64,000 nucleotides of DNA, taken from the NCBI GenBank assembly GCA_963934735.1, contig CAWVZW010000002.1, positions 3,919 to 67,918 of the forward strand, written 5' to 3'. Positions 38,932-47,310 of this stretch are shown here, piece after piece; positions within the stretch are counted from its first letter, which is position 1; every line of letters begins with the position of its first letter. Position numbers and translations under genes: made by a program. The stretch comes from an uncultured Planctomycetaceae bacterium. GTDB taxonomy: Bacteria; Planctomycetota; Planctomycetia; Pirellulales; Pirellulaceae. The notes under the pieces were generated by a model that worked only from the letters and a program-made list of their open reading frames with translations, was not told the origin of the DNA and made no database searches.

Positions 38932-40416
38932 CTATCGTTTGACCTGTGACCAATCCTTACGTTGGCGTGAGCTTAGGATTCCCATGATCTTGCGGTACTT
39001 AGCGATTGTACGGCGCGCGACAGACAATCCGGACGCCTTAAGATGTTTTACCAACTCATCGTCACTCAGCGGACTTGCTTTATCTTCTTGGTCAATCAAC
39101 TCTTGTAGCTTTTGTCGAATCTTGTCCCAGGCAACATTTTCGCCATCATCCTGCGTCGTACCGCCCACAAAGAACCCGCGCAACGCAAAAATACCTCGCG
39201 GCGTCTGTAACCACTTATTGTCTACCGCCCTACTCACCGTAGTCACGTGTACCTTGACCCGATCCGCAATCTGCTGCATCTTCAGCGGCACAATTGACTC
39301 AGGTCCATCCTCGAGAAACTTGACCTGATGGTCCACAATTGCTTGCGTGACTTTCAACATGGTACTGCGTCGTTGGGTAATCGCATCGATCAACCACTGG
39401 GCTGCATTTAATTTCCGTCGTACAAATTCCTTTTCATCGGCAGTCGCCGCTGGATTGGACAAGCGTTTGCGATAATAGTCGCTAATATATAACTGCGGGA
39501 TATCCCATTCGTCAGCCTTAACTTTGTAGCTGCCGTCCTCTTGTCGCTCCACCGACAAATCCGGTCTTACGACTTGGACATTACGATGTACGAAGGAGCT
39601 TGCTGGTTTTGGATTCAACTGCTTGAGTTCTTCCCAGACCATTTGTATTTCCTCAATACACAAACCCGTTTCTTTTTCGATAAGTGGCAATCGATTGTGT
39701 TGTAAGTCTTCTAAATGATTAGTAATCAATACATGCAATTCTCGGTAATCAGGATGATCTTTTGACAACTGCAACAACAAGCATTCTTTAAGATCACGCG
39801 ATCCCACCCCGACCGGATCCAACGACTGTACAACTTGAAGTGCTTCATCTGCAACGGGCAACATATCCTGTGCTTTGTGCTTAGGAATCAATTCCGCCAC
39901 CGACGACTTCAGATACCCTCCATCGTCAGCGTCCAAACTCGAAACAATGCGTTCGGCCAATTCATAAACAGGTGTTTCTAACTCGAGCTCGCCTAACTGC
40001 ACCATCAGGTGATCGTAGAGCGTATTGGAGCGTGCCGAGACATTCGCCATCGTATCATGATGGTGTTTGGAAAATTCCTGTATTCGATTAGACGACATCC
40101 GCGGACGTTCGTCAAAGTGATCTGGGATATCACCGCTCAGATTATCTAGTCGCTCAAAATCCTCAACGTTGTTTGAATCTTCCTCGACCACCAGTTCACG
40201 GTTCTCGTCAGATTCAGCAGTCTCGGAGTCCTCACTGTCAGGTAGCAATGGATCCCCGTCATCAATTTCTAACAGCGGATTTTCCGTCATCTCTTGATCG
40301 ATGCGATCCTGCAAATCTAGCAAAGGTAGCTGCAGAATCTCCATGGACTGGATCATCCGCGGAGCCAATTTCTGAATCTGCTTTTGCGATGTTTGTAGAT
40401 TGAACGAAAGTCTCAT
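38932..40416 (-). CDS. rpoN: RNA polymerase sigma-54 factor
   Basis: Region I LAPRMIQSMEILQLPLLDL, an acidic region II, the core-binding region, an HTH and the RpoN box ARRTIAKYR. The ATG at 40416 is preferred over the ORF-track start at 40452. Confidence 0.9.
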   Translation of the reverse strand: MRLSFNLQTSQKQIQKLAPRMIQSMEILQLPLLDLQDRIDQEMTENPLLEIDDGDPLLPDSEDSETAESDENRELVVEEDSNNVEDFERLDNLSGDIPDHFDERPRMSSNRIQEFSKHHHDTMANVSARSNTLYDHLMVQLGELELETPVYELAERIVSSLDADDGGYLKSSVAELIPKHKAQDMLPVADEALQVVQSLDPVGVGSRDLKECLLLQLSKDHPDYRELHVLITNHLEDLQHNRLPLIEKETGLCIEEIQMVWEELKQLNPKPASSFVHRNVQVVRPDLSVERQEDGSYKVKADEWDIPQLYISDYYRKRLSNPAATADEKEFVRRKLNAAQWLIDAITQRRSTMLKVTQAIVDHQVKFLEDGPESIVPLKMQQIADRVKVHVTTVSRAVDNKWLQTPRGIFALRGFFVGGTTQDDGENVAWDKIRQKLQELIDQEDKASPLSDDELVKHLKASGLSVARRTIAKYRKIMGILSSRQRKDWSQVKR

Positions 40417-40458
40417 TTTTACGCCTGCATAACCCGCGGTTTTCTGAACCAAAGAGTC

Positions 40459-41058
40459 TTAATACTTCTGCCTGCCCGACATCGCGTCTGCCAAAATTTC
40501 TTTATTAGTGAACTCGAGGATACTACCGGTTGTTATTCCGCGCGCTAGCCTAGTGATTTCCAAGTCACATTCGCCTAGCAAGTTTGTGATGTGCAAAGCA
40601 GTGCCATCCCCTTCCACCGTCGGGTTGGTCGCCATGATTATCTCTTTAATTTCACTATTACGAACTCGATCAACCAAAGCGTTAATCGTCAATTGTTCGG
40701 GACCGATTCCTTCCAGAGGAGCAATTCGTCCCAGCAGTACGTGATACAAACCATTATAGACGCCGGCGTCTTCGAGAGACATCAGATCGCGTGGTTGTTC
40801 GACCACACACAAGGTATGCTGGTCACGTCGCATATCATTGCAGACCAAGCAAGTTTCTTGTTCCGACAGATTAAAACAAACGCTGCAATAACGAACATTT
40901 TCGCGGACATAGCGGATCGAATCGGCTAATGCCAATGCTTCTGACTTGTTGACTCGTAACAAATGATAGGCCAATCGCTCGGCACTTTTTCGCCCAATAC
41001 CGGGAAGCTTGGAGAGTTCTCCTATCATATTTGTTACGGACTCTGCCAATTCTGCCAT
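40459..41058 (-). CDS. recR: Recombination protein RecR
   Basis: LPGIGRKSAERLAYHLL (HhH), Cys4 zinc finger CSVCFNLSEQETCLVC, Toprim (LCVVEQPRD). Confidence 0.95.
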   Translation of the reverse strand: MAELAESVTNMIGELSKLPGIGRKSAERLAYHLLRVNKSEALALADSIRYVRENVRYCSVCFNLSEQETCLVCNDMRRDQHTLCVVEQPRDLMSLEDAGVYNGLYHVLLGRIAPLEGIGPEQLTINALVDRVRNSEIKEIIMATNPTVEGDGTALHITNLLGECDLEITRLARGITTGSILEFTNKEILADAMSGRQKY

Positions 41059-41085
41059 TTCACATTCCTTACTTAGTTTTCAATA

Positions 41086-41445
41086 TCATGCGTCATCTAG
41101 TTGATCTAGATTTTCAAGTGCTTCGGTAAATCCTGGAATCCCAAGCTCCGCAGTCATTTCTTGCGTCAGTTGAGCATGCAGTGATTTCGTCTTTCCGCGA
41201 GCTTCGTTAACGGCTGCGCGAACCAAATCTTCAATCATCTCGCATTCGTTTTTTTCAATCAATTGTGGATCGATTGAAACGCTGATGACATCTCCCAATC
41301 CAGTCATCGAGACGCTGACCATACCACCACCCGCGACCCCGCTCACCGTCTCGGATTCTAGGCGACCATTTAGTTCTTCAACACGTCCACCCATTTCACG
41401 GGCTTTTTTCATCAGGGAAGTCATATTACTTAAGGACTTAAACAT
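41086..41445 (-). CDS. ybaB: YbaB/EbfC family nucleoid-associated protein
   Basis: 119 aa with MKKAREMGGRVEEL...GGGMVSVSMTGLGDVISVSIDP...DLVRAAVNEA, in the conserved dnaX-ybaB-recR order. Confidence 0.9.
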   Translation of the reverse strand: MFKSLSNMTSLMKKAREMGGRVEELNGRLESETVSGVAGGGMVSVSMTGLGDVISVSIDPQLIEKNECEMIEDLVRAAVNEARGKTKSLHAQLTQEMTAELGIPGFTEALENLDQLDDA

Positions 41446-41590
41446 CTGCTTTTACCTCTTACCTTCTTGGTTGTTCTCGTATGATTTTGTTCAAATTCAA
41501 CGCCAACAAATCAGCTATTACAAACCGCTATCTCACAAGTCCTCAATTGCCCTAGCGTAGCTAAATCGAACGCGCATTAATACTGAGTTT

Positions 41591-43438
41591 TTACTGCGGA
41601 TGATCGATATGGCTAATCTCAGCTTCAAATACTTCAACGGCCCTTTGTACGAACGGGTTTCCCTCGGCTTCGATATTGAGTTCTCGTGAGGTTTTCACCA
41701 CCGCTACAGGAGACTCGTCCACAGCGTGTTGCCGTGACAGCCCAAAGCTAATTTTAAATCGCGTGCCTGTAATGGCATTTAGCCCGTCAACAACCTTTTG
41801 CCGATGCTCAGGACGTTCACAAGTTTCTTTTTGGAAGGAAAAATCCTGAGGAAACAATACCGATATATGGCATGGTTCCAGTAGCGACACTTCAACTGCC
41901 GATTGTAAAATATTGGCCAGCAGATCGTCGAAATCAGCACACAACTGGTTCCACACTGCTGCAATATTTTCAGAACTGATGTCGACCAGATCCCCGACAG
42001 ATTTGGTCTCCGGAACCGTCGGCGGATCCTCTACTGGCATTACGACTTCGTTTTGGGCAGTGGAATCCACCGCTGCCGTCAGTTCCTGCGATATCGCTAA
42101 AGTTTCTACTGTATGCGTTGCTGCCGCATCAGTTGTCACTGGAGCAGACTCAGACTGCATTAGGTCATTTTTTTTTTCGACATCCGCACTAGTGTCATTG
42201 CTCTGATTACCGCCAGCGGCCACTGGCGAATTCACGGCCAATGCCATCAACTCAGGGCTTTGCAGTAGATTAAGCCAATTCTGAATCTCATCAAGTTCTT
42301 CCAACGTCGCAATGCGGATGACCGTCATTTCAATAAGCAAGCGAACTTGCACACTGTTGCGCATTTTTCGAAACATCTCCTGCAGGATTTCGAGCGCGGC
42401 CAGAGCCGTATATTTTCCGATCGATTCTGCAAGCTGTTGCACTCTGGCAAATTCATCCACTTGTGTAAACTCCATGATCTCCTGACCGGCGCCAACCGCA
42501 ACGGTCAACGTATCTCGATATACGCCCATCAACTGTTGAGCCACTTGTTCAGGCTCAGACCCAGATTTCCACAGTTCGTGCAAACAGCCAATTGCTCCGG
42601 CGGCATCACGGTGGCTAAGGTATTCCAGCAAATCCAAAATACGGCCACTCGCGGTCGTCCCCAACAGTCGATGCACATCATCGACCGTGATATGACCCGT
42701 GCAGAAAGCCATTAGTTGCTCGAGCAACGACTGACTATCTCGCATCGAACCGTGTGCTCGTCTGGCAACCAAATCCAAGGCAGATTCGTCCGCTGAGCGG
42801 CCTTCGGATTCGACAATGAATTGCAAGCGCTCCTGAATTTTGTCGTGGTTAACCGGCAACAGGTCAAAGCGTTGGCAGCGTGAAAGCACCGTGATCGGAA
42901 TCTTGTCTGGGTCCGTTGTGCAAAACATAAACTTCACGTGCTCTGGTGGTTCCTCCAGCGTCTTGAGTAACCCGTTAAACGCCTGACGTGACAGCATGTG
43001 CACTTCGTCAATGATATAGATTTTGTAACGGCAACGACTTGCCATCACGGAGACATTTTTTCGCAATGTTCGGATTTCATCAATCCCATTGTTGCTAGCA
43101 CCGTCGATTTCAATCACGTCCATATCTTCGCCGCTGGAAATCATGCGACAGATGTCGCACGTCTGGCACGGTTGAATCGTCGGGCCCGTTGTGCAGTTTA
43201 GTGCTTTAGCAAAAATACGTGCCGTCGTTGTTTTGCCAACTCCACGAGGCCCAGCAAACAAATACGCATGTCCCACTCGCCCAGTTTCAATCGCATTTCC
43301 CAAGGCCGTCCGCACGTGCGACTGACCAATCAACTCTTCAAAAGATTGTGGACGATATCGACGAGCCACCACAACGTAACCGTCTTTATCGGCAACATCG
43401 TGACTCAATTCGTTTTGATCTTCTGTAGTTCCAGTCAT
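41591..43438 (-). CDS. dnaX: DNA polymerase III subunit tau (gamma/tau), with an internal A10 slippery run
   Basis: 615 aa with Walker A GPRGVGKTT, zinc module CQTCDIC, DEVHML and the SRC motif (VLSRCQRF). The A10 run is at 42168-42177 (codons 421-424). Confidence 0.9.
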   Translation of the reverse strand: MTGTTEDQNELSHDVADKDGYVVVARRYRPQSFEELIGQSHVRTALGNAIETGRVGHAYLFAGPRGVGKTTTARIFAKALNCTTGPTIQPCQTCDICRMISSGEDMDVIEIDGASNNGIDEIRTLRKNVSVMASRCRYKIYIIDEVHMLSRQAFNGLLKTLEEPPEHVKFMFCTTDPDKIPITVLSRCQRFDLLPVNHDKIQERLQFIVESEGRSADESALDLVARRAHGSMRDSQSLLEQLMAFCTGHITVDDVHRLLGTTASGRILDLLEYLSHRDAAGAIGCLHELWKSGSEPEQVAQQLMGVYRDTLTVAVGAGQEIMEFTQVDEFARVQQLAESIGKYTALAALEILQEMFRKMRNSVQVRLLIEMTVIRIATLEELDEIQNWLNLLQSPELMALAVNSPVAAGGNQSNDTSADVEKKNDLMQSESAPVTTDAAATHTVETLAISQELTAAVDSTAQNEVVMPVEDPPTVPETKSVGDLVDISSENIAAVWNQLCADFDDLLANILQSAVEVSLLEPCHISVLFPQDFSFQKETCERPEHRQKVVDGLNAITGTRFKISFGLSRQHAVDESPVAVVKTSRELNIEAEGNPFVQRAVEVFEAEISHIDHPQ

Positions 43439-43658
43439 GGCAATACGGTTTTACGCTTACTTTAAGGTTGTGCGGTGAACGCACGGAAATATTAGTCCAG
43501 TGGGAAAATGCAAATACTAATTGAACGAGAAGCAATTCCGATGGCTCATTGGGTATTACCCGCGCTGTAGACATTGTAACGAAGATTGAATGCTTTCGCG
43601 CCAACTATCTTCGAGGGTAGTGTCATTCAACTGCGGTTTTAAGCCAAAAAGCAAAAGA

Positions 43659-43766
43659 CGCTGTCACAAAATGGTACTCGCACAGAAGTACCCCGCTTAG
43701 AGCTGCTCCCGTTAAGGCCTGACTCGGTTCACGGTTCCCTCTTGCGAGCACCATTTCACAACAGCG
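43659..43766 (-). ncRNA. ffs: Signal recognition particle RNA (small bacterial/4.5S type)
   Basis: The minus strand reads CGCTGTTGTGAAATGGTGCTCGCA...GTCAGGCCTTAACGGGAGCAGC...TGCGAGTACCATTTTGTGACAGCG. The two ends form about 24 consecutive Watson-Crick or GU pairs. The apical part matches the conserved domain IV sequence (E. coli GGUGCU...GUCAGGUCCGGAAGGAAGCAGC). It sits in the classical position upstream of dnaX. Confidence 0.8.
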
Positions 43767-43891
43767 TTCTATATGTTGAAACGGTTTTGGATTTTCCACC
43801 AACTAATTTCTGCAATCACTATATAGATGTTTTAAATCGACCTGACCATTTCCGCAAGAGGCGACCAGTCACTCCGTTACCCCTGACCGCT

Positions 43892-44404
43892 CTATGTCAA
43901 AGGTGCAAACCCAAGACTACGGCGTGTCGTAGTAAGTTGCCCACAATGCATGCCTTCATGCCAAATAGCCGTCTCAAATACCGCTGCGAAATCCGCCATA
44001 AACTTGGGAGCTCCATCAGGAGTCGCTGCACCTAACTCTTCATCATTGAGTGTATTCAAGATACCCAACAACACTTCGCGTCGACCACGCATAAACTCAC
44101 ACACTAGCTTTACATCGGGGTAACTTGCAATATCGTCGACTGGCTGTGATCCGATCCCAAACAACTCTGCATACCCATCTGGGAGAGAAGTTAAATCGGG
44201 ATTAAGCACCGAAATCATAAAATTGTCGGTCACACCCATGTGACCAACAAACCATAAAGCATGATTAGCATCCGGTGTTATCTGGTGCACCCATGAATTC
44301 GAGTCGGAAAAATCTTCCAGTAACCGCTCGGTAAACCGACGAGCACTTTGTAATCGACTATATAAACGCTCTTGCAGCATGACACCATTCCTAAAGACAT
44401 TCAA
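43892..44404 (-). CDS. DinB family protein
   Basis: His triad pattern of DinB_2 (HALWFVGHMG ... WHEGMHCGQL). TTG start at 44404 or ATG at 44380. Confidence 0.65.
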   Translation of the reverse strand: MNVFRNGVMLQERLYSRLQSARRFTERLLEDFSDSNSWVHQITPDANHALWFVGHMGVTDNFMISVLNPDLTSLPDGYAELFGIGSQPVDDIASYPDVKLVCEFMRGRREVLLGILNTLNDEELGAATPDGAPKFMADFAAVFETAIWHEGMHCGQLTTTRRSLGFAPLT

Positions 44405-45061
44405 CTAAACTAATTCAACAACTAACCGTTCTGCTTCAGCGAGACTGATCGTTACAAGGTTATCATTTAATTTCAGCCGCAAACTATCCGCTTCATACCC
44501 CACAGCTACCACGGCCTCAGCCCCAATGCCAAATCCACTGCCGCTAAGGAATCTTAGGAAGTCGGGATGCTGATCAAGAACTCGAATCAACCGCACAGTC
44601 GCTCCCTGCTTAATGCTTGCGAGTAATTCGCCATCATTTGTCGAGACCGTTCCGTCAGCTTTGGGAATTGGATCTCCGTGAGGATCATGATCAGGTCGGC
44701 CCAAAAATTCGTCAATACGGTCGACCAACATATCACTTACGGCATGCTCCATATTTTCAGCTTCTTCGTGCACTTCATCCCACGTTAGATCCAGGGTCTT
44801 CACCAAAAACAGCTCGATCAAACGGTGTCGCCGAATAACGCGCAGTGCCAATGCTTGGCCTGAGGCGGTTAATTGCACACCTTCGTAAGGTTGGTATTCT
44901 GCTAACCCCGATTCAGACAACGTCTTCATCATACTGGTCACGGTCCCGGGCAGCACGCCTAACGCGTCAGACACCTGCCCAGTAGCGGCTGGTTTGCCGT
45001 CTTGGCGAATGCAAATGTCATAAACCGACTTAACGTAATTTTCAATGGTGAGACTCGGCAA
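44405..45061 (-). CDS. DtxR/MntR family metal-dependent transcriptional regulator with FeoA-like C-terminal domain
   Basis: N-terminal winged HTH (ENYVKSVYDI...VSDALGVLPGTVTSMMKTL), RRHRLIELFL, HEEAENMEH, and a C-terminal SH3-like/FeoA segment. TTG start. Confidence 0.85.
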   Translation of the reverse strand: MPSLTIENYVKSVYDICIRQDGKPAATGQVSDALGVLPGTVTSMMKTLSESGLAEYQPYEGVQLTASGQALALRVIRRHRLIELFLVKTLDLTWDEVHEEAENMEHAVSDMLVDRIDEFLGRPDHDPHGDPIPKADGTVSTNDGELLASIKQGATVRLIRVLDQHPDFLRFLSGSGFGIGAEAVVAVGYEADSLRLKLNDNLVTISLAEAERLVVELV

Positions 45062-45252
45062 GGAAAACTCTCCTAAATCATTGTTACTGTCCGAATGTTT
45101 TTATCAGCCGCGACCCCGACGGCCGTTTAACAAATTCCATACGTGAACCGCGAATATCTATAGAATAACGGGTTCATGCAAAGTTATCCATAATGCCGCG
45201 CTATGCACTAGCGAGTTTGACGTTGATTACTTATGTAATTCGTTGATATTGG

Positions 45253-45317
45253 TACACTACACGATAGCTTTTTAGACATTCGCGATAAATACGACATAGA
45301 ATTCCTACACTACACGA
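45253..45317 (+). repeat. Two perfect 12-bp direct repeats TACACTACACGA (45253-45264 and 45306-45317), 53 bp start to start
   Basis: Read directly from the sequence. Each copy is itself a TACAC tandem. The second copy ends 9 nt before the mch ATG (45327). Confidence 0.9.
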
Positions 45318-45326
45318 CAACGAACA

Positions 45327-46292
45327 ATGACGACCCGATTAAACGACAGTGCCGTAGTATTAGTGCAACAATTACTTGAGAAATACGCCGAACTAGAAAT
45401 AACTCACTCACAACTAGACAATGGCGTTACGATCATCGATCTAGGCATTTCAGTATCAGGCAGTTTAGCAGCAGGGATCTCACTCGCTGAAATCTGTCTC
45501 GCTGGCCAGGGCCACGTCACACTCGTTCCCCTGACTAGCAACCTGCCAACCGCACATGCAGTTACGATCAATTCCGATCATCCACTTGCCGCTTGCATGG
45601 CTAGTCAATACGCTGGCTGGAAAATTGCGACTGACGACTTCTACGGAATGGGCTCAGGTCCGATGCGGGCGGCCGCTGGTACGGAAGAAATTTATCAGCG
45701 CATCGGCTGTACCGAATCCGCTTCGCACGTCGTCGGAGTCATTGAATCATCGTCCATTCCGACCACTTCAGCATGTGAGCTCATCACCGCGGCCTGCGAG
45801 ATTGAGCCGCAGAATCTCACGCTACTGGTCGCCCGAACCTCGAGCCTTGCTGGAACGGTCCAAATCGTCGCTCGTAGTCTCGAAACCGCAATGCACAAAA
45901 TGCACGAACTTGGATTCGACCTGCACCGTGTTGAACGTGGCACAGGAACTGCTCCTCTGTGCCCTCTTGGCCAAGACGACATACTATCAATCGGCCTCAC
46001 CAACGATGCTATCCTATATGGCGGCGAGGTGGAAATCTGGGTCCGTGGTGATGACAGTAGCCTCAACGACATTGGACCAAAAATCCCCAGCAATGCATCT
46101 GCGGATTACGGTCGCCCCTTTGTGGAAATCTTCAAACAATACAATAACGATTTCTACAAAATCGACCCTCATCTATTCAGCCCAGCAGCTATTCGCATCA
46201 ACAATGTCGACACGGGCAATACTTTTTGCTTTGGTGAAATCAACCCCGCTGTATTAATAGAATCTTTCAACTCTGCCCCACTTTCGGACTAA
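45327..46292 (+). CDS. mch: Methenyltetrahydromethanopterin cyclohydrolase
   Basis: 321 aa with LAEICLAGQGHVTLVP, HPLAACMASQYAGWKI, FYGMGSGPMRA, SLAGTVQIVARSLETAMHK, TNDAILYGG and DFYKIDPHLFSPA. These match Mch of methylotrophs and methanogens block by block. Confidence 0.85.
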   Translation: MTTRLNDSAVVLVQQLLEKYAELEITHSQLDNGVTIIDLGISVSGSLAAGISLAEICLAGQGHVTLVPLTSNLPTAHAVTINSDHPLAACMASQYAGWKIATDDFYGMGSGPMRAAAGTEEIYQRIGCTESASHVVGVIESSSIPTTSACELITAACEIEPQNLTLLVARTSSLAGTVQIVARSLETAMHKMHELGFDLHRVERGTGTAPLCPLGQDDILSIGLTNDAILYGGEVEIWVRGDDSSLNDIGPKIPSNASADYGRPFVEIFKQYNNDFYKIDPHLFSPAAIRINNVDTGNTFCFGEINPAVLIESFNSAPLSD

Positions 46293-46301
46293 GTAAGCCA
46301 G

Positions 46302-47231
46302 ATGAAAATCGCCGCCCTTGGACATCCTAATTCTTGGTACTTACGAGATCTACAGCGCGCCGCCGAACAAACAAGGCACGAAGAACTCGAATTAAACGCT
46401 GTCGCATTTACCCAAATTAGTGCCAGCGTTGAACCCGACGGCAGGTCTGCGTTTCTGAGCGACACTCATGACCTCTTAACCTACGACGCAATCCTTGTGC
46501 GTACCATGCCACCTGGATCACTCGAACAAGTCATCTTCCGCATGAATGCACTAGCTATGCTCGAGCATGCAAGCGGCAACACTTTCAACGACTACCCACC
46601 TGTCATTTTAAATAGCCCGCGCGCCATTGAGCTGGCGGTCGATAAATACCTATCACTCGCTCTCCTACGTCAAAATAACATTCCCATTCCCCGAACTCAT
46701 GTTTGCCAGCACGCGGATGCGGCCATGCAAGCTTACGAGCAATTGGGACCGGATGTTGTCCTGAAACCACTTTTTGGCGGCGAAGGACGTGGGATCACCC
46801 GCGTATCTGATCCGGCTTTGGCACTGCGTGCCTTCAAGATGATCGAACAATTTGACGGCGTTATTTATCAACAAGAATTTATCGCTCACGAAGGTTTTGA
46901 CATCCGTATCTTAGTTATTGGAGACAACACATTTTCAATTCGGCGAGTCAATTCTGACGACTGGCGTACCAATGTGTCCTTGGGGGCGCGGGCAGAAGCC
47001 TTTGAAGCGAGCGCGGAATTGATACAATTGGCGCGTCAGGCAGCAAATGTTGTACAAGCCAAAATAGCGGGTGTTGACATATTAATCGCCCCCGACGGTA
47101 CGCCAACAATACTCGAAGTCAACGCCGTGCCCGGCTGGAAAGGTCTCGCGGAAGCGACCGGCCAGGACATTGCCCTAGAAGTCCTGGCGTTTACGGTTGA
47201 GCAAATTGCTAGCCAGCGTAACAAATCATAA
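46302..47231 (+). CDS. ATP-grasp (RimK-type) ligase, possibly H4MPT/methanopterin-related glutamate ligase
   Basis: RimK-like ATP-grasp blocks (VVLKPLFGGEGRGI, IYQQEFI, DIRILVIG, AGVDIL...PTILEVNAVPGW). It starts 9 nt after mch. Confidence 0.7.
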   Translation: MKIAALGHPNSWYLRDLQRAAEQTRHEELELNAVAFTQISASVEPDGRSAFLSDTHDLLTYDAILVRTMPPGSLEQVIFRMNALAMLEHASGNTFNDYPPVILNSPRAIELAVDKYLSLALLRQNNIPIPRTHVCQHADAAMQAYEQLGPDVVLKPLFGGEGRGITRVSDPALALRAFKMIEQFDGVIYQQEFIAHEGFDIRILVIGDNTFSIRRVNSDDWRTNVSLGARAEAFEASAELIQLARQAANVVQAKIAGVDILIAPDGTPTILEVNAVPGWKGLAEATGQDIALEVLAFTVEQIASQRNKS

Positions 47232-47310
47232 CCTAGAATTCATACGAACAACTACACTAAAGTCTATCCCGTTCCCTTATCAAGAACTCTTCCGGCATAT
47301 TAACATCCGC

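Noticed and set aside
45556-46257. 233-aa ORF on the plus strand nested inside mch in another frame
   Set aside because: It lies entirely within the strongly supported mch reading frame. Its translation is low-complexity (Ser/Arg/Leu/Pro-rich) with no recognisable motif. It is a typical shadow ORF.
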